Source: Patescibacteria group bacterium (lineage in GTDB: Bacteria; Patescibacteriota; Minisyncoccia; Phycocordibacterales; Phycocordibacteraceae). From it: 64,000 nt of DNA. Under the pieces are notes generated by a model that did no database searches, was not told the origin of the DNA, and saw only the letters and a list, made by a program, of their open reading frames with translations. A program made the translations under genes and the position numbers. Where the stretch lies: positions 6,945 to 70,944 of the forward strand of contig JANLHF010000039.1 in the NCBI GenBank assembly GCA_024653825.1. Direction: 5' to 3'. Positions 1 through 8,171 of the stretch are shown here, one piece after another; within the stretch, counting starts at the first letter, position 1, and each line of letters starts with the position of its first letter.

Positions 1-1617
1 CCGCACCTGCGCTTTCTTGAGAATCAGGTAAAGAAGTTGGAACGCGCTGATGCGTTGCGCACCGATCTCGTCGGCCTCGCGCAGACCTACTTCGCCATTG
101 AGGACGCGTATCTCGCGCAGGAAAAAGAAAGAGTCATCGGAGAGAAACGCGATGCAGCAGAACGGCTTGCGGTAGCGAGCGCCGAGCTCGATCGCATCGC
201 AGATCCGAAGTCCGCAGACCACGAGACTGTGAAGCGCACTGAGGCTTTGCGGAAGGCGGAGCGGGAAGTGAGCGAACTTTCTGCAGAGCGCGCCACACTC
301 TCACGCGACATAGGACGACTGGAAGGCGCTCTGACCGAAGTGAAGCGTCGGGCCACTTCAGCGGCGCACGAGCCATATGCGAAGGTGTCGCGCGAGGAGC
401 TTGAAGCACTACACAGTGAGGTTGTACGACAGGCTGAAAACGCCGGAAACAGTAGCGAATCTCTGCGCGCTGCGCTTGATGCGATTAAGCGTACGATACA
501 ATTCTTTTTTTCTCGCTATGGCTCCCCCAGCGATGAGAAGTTTTCTGAAGAGGAAAATACGGCGTTTCGACTGGAACAGGAGCGTACCGCGCTTGCGGAG
601 AAATACACAACGGTTTCCGCTGATCTTGAGAGGGCAGAAACTTCGCGCGCGCGTGCGCGCGAGGCGATGGTTGCTCTTGAAGAGACCGGTCGCGATATTC
701 GCCGCCATATTCTGGACTTCGCACAGGCGAAGGCACATGAAGAAGGCGAGGTGGCAAAGTATGAAGCACGCGAATACGAGCTCGGTGTTCTTACTGAAGA
801 ACTTGAACGAGATAAAAGGGAAGTTCTCGCGATTGGTGGGACCGCCGCCCTCTCTTATGCATCGCTCTCACAACTGCCGAGCGAAGATCGCAAGACACAA
901 GAAGAGCGCCAGCGTATTCTGGAGCGCACAAAGATCCGTTTAGAAGAAGCAGGTGGGACAGGCGAAGAGCTTCGACAGGAGCATAAAGAGGTGTCTGAGC
1001 GAGAAGCATTCCTCGCCACCGAACTCGACGATCTCGCGAAATCAGCGGCGGGTCTGCGCGAACTCATCCACGATTTAGATACGGAATTACAGAAGCATTT
1101 CTCCGAAGGGCTCGCCAAGGTCAACGCTTCGTTCGGTGAATATTTTGCACTTATGTTCGGCGGTGGTGGCGCACGGCTCACGCTTGAAGAGCCTGATGAA
1201 CCGGACGAAGACGACCTTGAGTCTGAAGAAGAAATGGATGAATTGCCGAAGGAGAAAGAACGTCAGGGTATAGAAATAGCGGTGAATCTGCCGAAGAAGA
1301 AGGTGCGCTCGCTGATGCAACTCTCGGGCGGGGAGCGCGCGCTCACCTCTATCGCGCTCATATTCGCGATGAGTCAGGTGAATCCGCCACCATTTTTGAT
1401 ACTGGACGAGACTGATGCCGCGCTCGACGAGGCGAACAGCCGTCGCTATGGGGACATGATAGAAAACCTCGCGAAGAAGAGTCAGCTCATCGTCATCACC
1501 CACAACCGCGAGACCATGAGCCGCACCGGCATCCTCTACGGCGTCACGATGGGCGGCGACGGAGTCTCCAAATTATTGTCAGTAAAATTCGAAGAAGCAG
1601 TACAAGTAGCGAAGTAG
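1..1617 (+). CDS. smc: Chromosome segregation protein SMC, C-terminal part (5' end outside the window)
   Basis: The frame is open from position 1. The product is a coiled-coil region followed by the C-terminal ABC signature and Walker B region (LSGGERALTSIALIFAM...LILDETDAALDE). Confidence 0.85.
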   Translation, partial: PHLRFLENQVKKLERADALRTDLVGLAQTYFAIEDAYLAQEKERVIGEKRDAAERLAVASAELDRIADPKSADHETVKRTEALRKAEREVSELSAERATLSRDIGRLEGALTEVKRRATSAAHEPYAKVSREELEALHSEVVRQAENAGNSSESLRAALDAIKRTIQFFFSRYGSPSDEKFSEEENTAFRLEQERTALAEKYTTVSADLERAETSRARAREAMVALEETGRDIRRHILDFAQAKAHEEGEVAKYEAREYELGVLTEELERDKREVLAIGGTAALSYASLSQLPSEDRKTQEERQRILERTKIRLEEAGGTGEELRQEHKEVSEREAFLATELDDLAKSAAGLRELIHDLDTELQKHFSEGLAKVNASFGEYFALMFGGGGARLTLEEPDEPDEDDLESEEEMDELPKEKERQGIEIAVNLPKKKVRSLMQLSGGERALTSIALIFAMSQVNPPPFLILDETDAALDEANSRRYGDMIENLAKKSQLIVITHNRETMSRTGILYGVTMGGDGVSKLLSVKFEEAVQVAK

Positions 1618-1708
1618 GAGTATACTAAACCCATTAAACCTAATTTACGAATATGTCATTTCTAGAACGTTTCGAGTTCTGTGGAGGTTAAACCTCCGCA
1701 GGAAATAA

Positions 1709-1735
1709 AAACGCAGGCGGTGAAGCCTGCGTGAA
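1709..1735 (-). terminator. Intrinsic terminator for the minus-strand gene ending at 1746
   Basis: There is an 8-bp GC stem (acgcaggc/gcctgcgt). It is preceded on the plus strand by an A-tract, which is a U-tract on the minus strand. Confidence 0.45.
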
Positions 1736-1745
1736 TTGTGTCGGT

Positions 1746-2843
1746 TCATTCCTCCGCCTTCTTGATCGCCTCTCGAGCGACAGATGCGTGGCGAGCGCCT
1801 TTGATATTTTCCACGATCTTCGGCGCAAGATCGTTCGCGAGGTGAAGCGTCCGCGCGATGGCGCTCACTGCCGAGCCGCTCGCCACCTTCGGCACATCAC
1901 CGCTTTCGTGCATTCGCGCGACGATGCGGAGATGCTCGTCGCCGGTCATCACCGCGCGTTCGAGACCTGTGCCGACCGACTTGCGAGCCCCATCGAGTGC
2001 GTCTTGGATGGAGAGCCCGAACATATCGCCCTGGCCTTGAAGCTGCTTGATCTGTTCGGAGACCCAGGCCGCAGCCGCTTTCGTGGTCTTCTGTTGGACG
2101 ACCAGCACGTACGCGAGATGAAGCAGTTCTTGTTCCGCGTACGGCTTATGCTTCAGCTGCCGCGCCTCCTGGAGGCGAGCGAGCTCGCAGAGAATGCCGA
2201 AGGCAATGCCCTTCTTATATTCCGGGCTCGGGAGCACCAGCCTCTGCACGCGTATCGGTAGTGAAGTGAAGCGGACCGAACGGCGCATGGCTTCAGGCGT
2301 CTTGCCCCTCTGACGGGCGAACCCGCCGAGGGTGAGCTTCGGATGTTTTGACTTTTCCTGCCGCCAGAGAAGCGTTAGGAACTTTGCTTCTTCATCCTGC
2401 CGCACTTCTTCGTGCTGATTTTCCTGGTACTGCATGGTGAGCGCTTCAGAGAAGCTGCATCCGACATGCAGATTGCAGAAAAAGGTCGTGATGCCGGCCT
2501 GCTCAACGGCGTCTCTTCGGCGATGGCCTGCTACTAGGAACAAATAGAAGTGGTCATTCAGTTCCTGTAGATATGCCGGTGTGAAGTCCCCGATAGCATA
2601 GGCGGTACCCCACATCTCATTGATCTGGCTCAAATACTTCACCGCATCTGCTCGCGTGAGCGCGACGACGATACCTGCCATCATTTGGCCGATCGCTTTG
2701 ATGCCCGCCGTCAGGTTCTCGATGCCTTCTTTGGAGACGGTTCCTCTCATCTGGACGAGCGTATGGATCATCTCGAGAGGGATCTTCACGGAGTAGACGC
2801 CCTTGGGCAATGTCGCAGCCGAGGCGGCTAAGCTAATTTCCAT
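1746..2843 (-). CDS. Hypothetical protein (365 aa) with weak, degenerate metallophosphoesterase-like motifs
   Basis: This is a long ORF with coding-like composition. No family could be assigned confidently. Confidence 0.5.
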   Translation of the reverse strand: MEISLAASAATLPKGVYSVKIPLEMIHTLVQMRGTVSKEGIENLTAGIKAIGQMMAGIVVALTRADAVKYLSQINEMWGTAYAIGDFTPAYLQELNDHFYLFLVAGHRRRDAVEQAGITTFFCNLHVGCSFSEALTMQYQENQHEEVRQDEEAKFLTLLWRQEKSKHPKLTLGGFARQRGKTPEAMRRSVRFTSLPIRVQRLVLPSPEYKKGIAFGILCELARLQEARQLKHKPYAEQELLHLAYVLVVQQKTTKAAAAWVSEQIKQLQGQGDMFGLSIQDALDGARKSVGTGLERAVMTGDEHLRIVARMHESGDVPKVASGSAVSAIARTLHLANDLAPKIVENIKGARHASVAREAIKKAEE

Positions 2844-2930
2844 TCAACCTCCACAGTGGGTGAGGGAAGTGCAAAAAAGTACTGTCTGCAGACACCGTAT
2901 CCCTCCTCGGAAGTAAAATCAATGAAACGG

Positions 2931-4904
2931 TTATGCCGGCACGAAGTCGAGTTCTTTTTCTGGAATACGCGCGGCGGTTAATTTAACCCGGATAGGGTCG
3001 CCGAGTTGGAAGGCTTTATGTGTGCGCTTGCCGACGAGGCGGTAGTGCTTCTCGTCATATTCAAAATAGTCGTCGCCGACGAGCCTGATATTTATCATCC
3101 CATCGGCATGCGTGGTTTGCTCTTCTACATAGAGTCCGCGCTCGGTCACGCCGGAAATGACGGCGTCAAATTCCTCGCCGATGCGTGGCGCGAGGAACTC
3201 CACCTGCTTCATTTTGATAGAGTCGCGCTCGGCGTCCGAAGCGCCGACTTCGCGCTCGGAGGCATGGATAGCGAGCTTGTCGAATGACTGCATCTCATTT
3301 GGCGTGATAGGGTCGCCACCGCTATGCGCCTTAATCAATCTGTGGATAACGAGGTCGGGGTAGCGGCGGATTGGGGAAGTGAAGTGTGTATAAAAGTCGA
3401 AGGCGAGACCGAAGTGGCCGATATTCTTTGTTGTATAGATAGCCTTGCTCATCGAGCGAAGCGTCGCCATCTTCACAAGATACTCCTCCGGCTTCCCTTT
3501 CACCGATTCCATAAGTTTGTTCAATTCGGCACCGGTCACTTGCCCACTGCCGCTCGTCTTCAGATGATAGCCCATAACGCGGAGAAGATTAGCAAGGTTT
3601 TCAATGCGGTCTGTGTCCGGCTCGTCGTGAACGCGATAGAGCGACTGGAAGTGCGAGCCGCCCTTGCTCGAGAGTTTAGAAAGGTGTTTCGCGACTGCTT
3701 CGTTCGCGAGGAGCATAAAGTCTTCGATCATCAGCATCGTATCCTTGCGCTCTTTGAGATGTATGGCGATCGGCTTGCCTTCAGCATCGAGTTCGATCTT
3801 GACCTCTGCTGTGTCGAATTCGACTGCGCCCTTGGCCTGGCGGCGCACGCGTATTTTCTTGGAGAGCGCGAGCAGAGTAGAAAGTTCTTCATACATCGTG
3901 CCGCTTCCCGCATCGAGCACCTCCTGCGCATTTTCATACGTAAAGCGCTTGTCGGAGTGGATAACCGTCTCGCCGAACCATTCGCTGACGATGTTCGCGT
4001 CGCTATCGAGCGTGAAAACTGCCGAAACGGCGAGACGATCTTCGTCCGGCTTAAGAGAACACAAATCATTCGACAAAACTTCGGGGAGCATCGGGATGGT
4101 GCGATCAACGAGGTACACACTTGTTGCGCGCGCCACCGCTTCTTTATCAAGCTCCGTGCCGGGCGAAACAAAGAACGAAACGTCAGCGATGTGTACACCG
4201 ACTTCAATGTTCCCATCGGGCAATTTCTGCACTGAGAGAGCATCGTCAAAGTCTTTTGCATCAAAGGGGTCGATAGTGCAGGTAGGGACTTTTCTAAAAT
4301 CTCTACGCTTCGGACTCCTCGCTTCCTCTGCGAGTATCGCCGCACCGTTTTTTTCGAGCTTTTCGGCATCCGCAACGACACCGGGAGGGAAGTCGCTTGA
4401 GAATCCTTGACCGAGCGCGAGTGCACGCATCTCGGTCTCGTGCATGCCGGCCTTGCCGATGTCTTCTTCAATCGTGCCGAGCGGGTAATCCTTGTCTGCG
4501 GCCCACTCGCCGAGCCGTACGAGGACCTTGTCGCCAAGCTGGGCGTCGCCCCGGTCAAGAATGACAATCGGCACGTACATCTTCTTGTAGTCGGGGGCAA
4601 GGAGGGTGAGACCGTTTTCTTCAACCAATGTTCCCACAAACGTTTCTCGAGCTCTAGAAACGATTTCAACCACCTTGCCCGAGGCGCGTGGCGGCATCCG
4701 GCCCATCGGGTCGCTATACATGCCTGCTGGGGCGACTTTAACAATGTCGCCCGCGAGCGCGTGGTTTGCCCATTCCTTAGGTATGAGCAGGTCTTCTTCC
4801 TGCTTGCCCTTCGTAGCCTTGGCGGAGGAGGGCCCTTCCACAGAGAAAAAGCCGATGCCTTTTCGGGTCATCGTTATAGGACCTTCGTAAATTGCCTGCG
4901 CCAT
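2931..4904 (-). CDS. rnr: Ribonuclease R (RNB family exoribonuclease with a C-terminal S1 domain)
   Basis: The RNB motif (CTIDPFDAKDFDDALS) is present, with a cold-shock-like N-terminus and an S1 domain at the C-terminus. The start is placed at an internal Met (4904, or 4871) because the longer ORF overlaps rpsP on the opposite strand. Confidence 0.85.
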   Translation of the reverse strand: MAQAIYEGPITMTRKGIGFFSVEGPSSAKATKGKQEEDLLIPKEWANHALAGDIVKVAPAGMYSDPMGRMPPRASGKVVEIVSRARETFVGTLVEENGLTLLAPDYKKMYVPIVILDRGDAQLGDKVLVRLGEWAADKDYPLGTIEEDIGKAGMHETEMRALALGQGFSSDFPPGVVADAEKLEKNGAAILAEEARSPKRRDFRKVPTCTIDPFDAKDFDDALSVQKLPDGNIEVGVHIADVSFFVSPGTELDKEAVARATSVYLVDRTIPMLPEVLSNDLCSLKPDEDRLAVSAVFTLDSDANIVSEWFGETVIHSDKRFTYENAQEVLDAGSGTMYEELSTLLALSKKIRVRRQAKGAVEFDTAEVKIELDAEGKPIAIHLKERKDTMLMIEDFMLLANEAVAKHLSKLSSKGGSHFQSLYRVHDEPDTDRIENLANLLRVMGYHLKTSGSGQVTGAELNKLMESVKGKPEEYLVKMATLRSMSKAIYTTKNIGHFGLAFDFYTHFTSPIRRYPDLVIHRLIKAHSGGDPITPNEMQSFDKLAIHASEREVGASDAERDSIKMKQVEFLAPRIGEEFDAVISGVTERGLYVEEQTTHADGMINIRLVGDDYFEYDEKHYRLVGKRTHKAFQLGDPIRVKLTAARIPEKELDFVPA

Positions 4905-4940
4905 TTGCCCTACTGTAACACTTCTGCTATAGTCGCTCCA

Positions 4941-5414
4941 ATGTTGATGATTCGCTTTCAGCGCATCGGCCGGACCAATGATCCGGCATTTCGCATTGTC
5001 GTCCTTGAGAAAGAGCGCGCAGCGAAGGCCGGCAATATCGTCGAACTCCTTGGGACCTACAATCCGCGTAGCAAGGCGCTTACGCTCAATGAGGAACAGG
5101 TGAAGCATTGGATAAGTATGGGCGCTCAGCCGACCGATTCCATCCACAACCTCCTTATCAACAAGGGCATCATCCAGGGTAAGAAGATAAACGTGCTTCA
5201 GAAGCACACGCCGCAGAAGAATGAGGCTGCGATAGCCGCAGCCCCGACGCAAGAAGTCGGGGCGCCGACCGCAAGCGTCGGCGAAGTAATCGTGGAAGCC
5301 CCAATGCCGACCGAAGCCGAAGTCGCAGCAGAAGCTGAGCCGGCTCCGGAGGTAACCCCGGCACCCGAAGTTCCCGCAGAAGAAGAGAAGCCGGCAGAAA
5401 CTCCTGCCGCATAA
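4941..5414 (+). CDS. rpsP: 30S ribosomal protein S16 with a low-complexity Ala/Glu/Pro-rich C-terminal extension
   Basis: The N-terminus MLMIRFQRIGRTNDPAFRIVV...LGTYNP...WISMGAQPTD matches S16. The true start is an internal ATG at 4941 within the longer ORF 4407..5414. Confidence 0.85.
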   Translation: MLMIRFQRIGRTNDPAFRIVVLEKERAAKAGNIVELLGTYNPRSKALTLNEEQVKHWISMGAQPTDSIHNLLINKGIIQGKKINVLQKHTPQKNEAAIAAAPTQEVGAPTASVGEVIVEAPMPTEAEVAAEAEPAPEVTPAPEVPAEEEKPAETPAA

Positions 5415-5451
5415 CTCGCTCCCGCTGAAAGCGGGATGCTAACATATCCCT

Positions 5452-5751
5452 ATGGAACCAGATCAAGCATTTCTTGAATACGCGGTGAAGGCGCTCGTCG
5501 ATCACCCTGAGGCGGTGGAGACTACTCGTGTTATTGATCAGATGGGAGTTCTTCTTACTCTCACGGTTCACCCTGAGGACATGGGCAAGGTAGTGGGTAA
5601 GCTCGGTAAAACGGCCGAGGCATTGCGAGTCTTATTGCGCATTGTCGGGATGAAGGGGAACGCACGCGTAAACCTGAAAATAAACGAGCCCGTTGGCGGT
5701 AAGCGGGAGCAAGAACTCAAGACCATAGACCAAGTGGTTGAAGAGCTATAA
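5452..5751 (+). CDS. KH-domain RNA-binding protein (YlqC/UPF0109 family)
   Basis: It carries the GKVVGKLGKTAEALR KH motif. Its position between rpsP and trmD is conserved in bacteria. Confidence 0.75.
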   Translation: MEPDQAFLEYAVKALVDHPEAVETTRVIDQMGVLLTLTVHPEDMGKVVGKLGKTAEALRVLLRIVGMKGNARVNLKINEPVGGKREQELKTIDQVVEEL

Positions 5752-5759
5752 AGACAAAA

Positions 5760-6155
5760 ATGAAAGCGAAAATAAGTATTATAACGCTTGGGGTAAAAAA
5801 TCTAGTGAAATCAAAGAAATTTTACGCGAAACTTGGATTCAAGGCGAATGATAAATATAAGGGAATAATATTTTTCAAACTTCAGAATCTGACCCTTGCG
5901 CTCTTCCCACAAAAAGAGCTCGCGGAAGATGCAACGGTATCTGTGAAGGGAAGCGGTTTCCGTAGTTTTACCCTCGCGCACAACGTATCCTCAAAGAAAA
6001 AAGTCGATGCTGTCCTTGCGGAGGCGAAAAAAGCCGGAGGACGAATTGTAAAATTTGGGCAAGACGTTTCTTGGGGCGGATACTCAGGATATTTTAAGGA
6101 TCCTGATGGATTTTTGTGGGAAGTGGCATGGAATCCTTTCATGGATCTTGTTTAA
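5760..6155 (+). CDS. Glyoxalase/bleomycin-resistance (VOC) family protein
   Basis: The VOC-fold signature includes the C-terminal DPDGFLWEVAWNP. The gene is markedly AT-rich relative to its flanks. Confidence 0.6.
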   Translation: MKAKISIITLGVKNLVKSKKFYAKLGFKANDKYKGIIFFKLQNLTLALFPQKELAEDATVSVKGSGFRSFTLAHNVSSKKKVDAVLAEAKKAGGRIVKFGQDVSWGGYSGYFKDPDGFLWEVAWNPFMDLV

Positions 6156-6158
6156 TAA

Positions 6159-6824
6159 ATGAAATTTCACTTAATCACACTTTTCCCCGAGGCCTGTGAC
6201 GCATATTTGAGCGCGTCCATCATCGGTCGCGCGCGGAAGGAAAAAAAGATTTCAATAAAATATCAGAACCCCCGCGACTTCGTCGCGGGGCCGGCGGGTA
6301 GCTATAAGAAGGTAGACGAGAAGCCGTATGGTGGTGGCCCCGGCATGGTAATGATGGCACTTCCAATCGTCAAAGCCGTCCAGAAATCACTTGGGGGTCG
6401 GACCCCCAAGTTGAAGAATCCTGTCATCGTCTGGTTTAAGCCGGGGGCGAAGCAGTTCACCAATAAAGATGCGGACGCGCTCGCGAAATATAGCGACGTG
6501 GTGCTCGTCTGTGGTCGCTACGAGGGCATAGATGAGCGCGCGAAGAAGATTTTAAAAACAATGGCGACAGTAAAAGAATTCGCCGTCGGCGAAGCGGTCT
6601 ACACCGGCGGGGAAGTCCCAGCGCTCGCGATAGTAGACGCCGTCACGCGTCGTCTGCCGGGCGTCCTCGGCAAGGACGCCTCCGTCGAGGAGCGCCGCAT
6701 CGCCTCCTCGGCCGTCTACACCCGTCCCGAAACGATTTCATACAAAGGCAAGAACTATAAAGTGCCAAAGGTCCTCAAAACCGGTCATCACACAAAGATT
6801 GACGCGTGGCGGAAGAAGAAATAA
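6159..6824 (+). CDS. trmD: tRNA (guanine37-N1)-methyltransferase TrmD
   Basis: The YGGGPGMVM motif and the SPOUT C-terminal region are present. The gene contains an in-frame 23-bp palindromic insertion (SLGGRTPKL). Confidence 0.85.
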   Translation: MKFHLITLFPEACDAYLSASIIGRARKEKKISIKYQNPRDFVAGPAGSYKKVDEKPYGGGPGMVMMALPIVKAVQKSLGGRTPKLKNPVIVWFKPGAKQFTNKDADALAKYSDVVLVCGRYEGIDERAKKILKTMATVKEFAVGEAVYTGGEVPALAIVDAVTRRLPGVLGKDASVEERRIASSAVYTRPETISYKGKNYKVPKVLKTGHHTKIDAWRKKK

Positions 6825-6870
6825 AGAAACCCTGCCGCGAGGCAGGGTTGATTGAGTGGAACTGAGCCCG

Positions 6871-7254
6871 TTAAGGGAGGGCGTATTGCTCGAGTATTTC
6901 GAGATAGCGAGTGCCGTCCGGGTCATGCGTCCGCTCGTCACGCGCCGATCGACGCACTTCGCTGATAGCGAAGATCTCGTCTGAGAAGACGCCGCCATAG
7001 TCTGTGTCCGTGCGCGGTTTCTCCATGAGCGGCAGATACACCCGGATGCCGTCGACCCACCGAGGTTCGGCGAGCGTGTCGACGAACGTGATGATGCGGC
7101 CGGCCTCGTCGGGATAGCAGACGAGCACCTTCATGCCCGCCTCCGCCTTACGTACAAAGCTGAGAACGTTCCTTCCGTTCTCCTTGGCATTCCGAACGAT
7201 CTTGCTCGGGGCCTCTGGCTTCGGGTGCAGTACTGCTTGGTTCTTGGACGACAT
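6871..7254 (-). CDS. Hypothetical protein (127 aa)
   Basis: ORF with coding-like composition and no recognisable motifs. Confidence 0.35.
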   Translation of the reverse strand: MSSKNQAVLHPKPEAPSKIVRNAKENGRNVLSFVRKAEAGMKVLVCYPDEAGRIITFVDTLAEPRWVDGIRVYLPLMEKPRTDTDYGGVFSDEIFAISEVRRSARDERTHDPDGTRYLEILEQYALP

Positions 7255-7424
7255 ACGTCCTCCTCAATATGGTTTCGCGGAAAGACCCGCCTGCCTTCGT
7301 TATACTCCTAATAATAAAAAAGTCAATAAACGTGTTATTTACATCTTTGACGATGTGTCGTACTCTCTGACCCAGAAAGATCTGTTCGGGGAAGCCCGAT
7401 AATCTGATACGAGAGGGGAAAGAA

Positions 7425-7907
7425 ATGGACACAAAACAGCTCAACGTACCCGAGAATTTCCACGAACTCTTGCAGCGGCCCGAGAAGAAAGACTTCGAAA
7501 TCACTGCCGTGTACTTCTTGGAACTCTCACACGCACACGGCCTCTGGGGATTCTTCCCGGCCGTGTTCGCCGCCGACACGAAGCGTATGGTTCTCACCCC
7601 GGATGTGTTGCTCCTGAAAGCAGTCTGGGAGACGCTTACGCCGCGTCGCTCACATATCGGCCAGGCGTATTTCTGCTTGAATCCTGCGCTGTCGATCGGT
7701 TACGAGGTCCGTGGCGATTCAGGGAGCGACGAGCAGAAACGGTCCAAGCCGATGCAGATCCTCACGCAAGAGGAATTCAATCGGCTCATCGCTGAAGGAG
7801 GACAACCCTTCCAATGGGCGCCCGGACTCGTCGGCGACGATATGAACGCCGATGAATTCCGCCAAACCATCGAGGCGGCCCAACAAACTCTGCGCGAGGC
7901 TTTCTGA
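7425..7907 (+). CDS. Hypothetical protein (160 aa)
   Basis: The ORF is preceded by a purine-rich SD-like sequence (GAGAGGGG). A terminator follows it. Confidence 0.45.
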   Translation: MDTKQLNVPENFHELLQRPEKKDFEITAVYFLELSHAHGLWGFFPAVFAADTKRMVLTPDVLLLKAVWETLTPRRSHIGQAYFCLNPALSIGYEVRGDSGSDEQKRSKPMQILTQEEFNRLIAEGGQPFQWAPGLVGDDMNADEFRQTIEAAQQTLREAF

Positions 7908-7916
7908 AGCACACGA

Positions 7917-7962
7917 CCCGCAACGGCGAGAAAGAGTCTCGCCGTCGCGGGCCTTTTTCTTA
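7917..7962 (+). terminator. Intrinsic terminator
   Basis: A ~15-bp stem (cccgcaacggcgaga / tctcgccgtcgcggg) is followed by CTTTTTCTT. Confidence 0.6.
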
Positions 7963-8171
7963 TCCCCAGTCCCGTTTAGGGGCTTGCGGAAAAAGAGGGG
8001 TACTGATACAGTACGGGCACAAGATACGAGTGAGTCACGGAGGGCGGGGAGTACAGATTCATACGGGAGCCGAAAGAAAACGCGATAGCGATAGCGGATT
8101 TATTTCCGTGCGTGCGCATTTATATATAGGGAAAAGTGCAGCCAACTTACTAAACCTTACGCTACCCTCAC

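Noticed and set aside
3324-4744. Several 250-340-aa ORFs on both strands inside the rnr locus.
   Set aside because: They are antisense or shadow ORFs typical of high-GC DNA. Their products are low-complexity Arg/Ser/Ala-rich with no motifs.
4407-4940. A long plus-strand ORF (335 aa) that would extend rpsP 178 codons upstream.
   Set aside because: The upstream part runs antisense to the well-supported RNase R gene and has no protein-like features. S16 homology begins exactly at the internal ATG at 4941.
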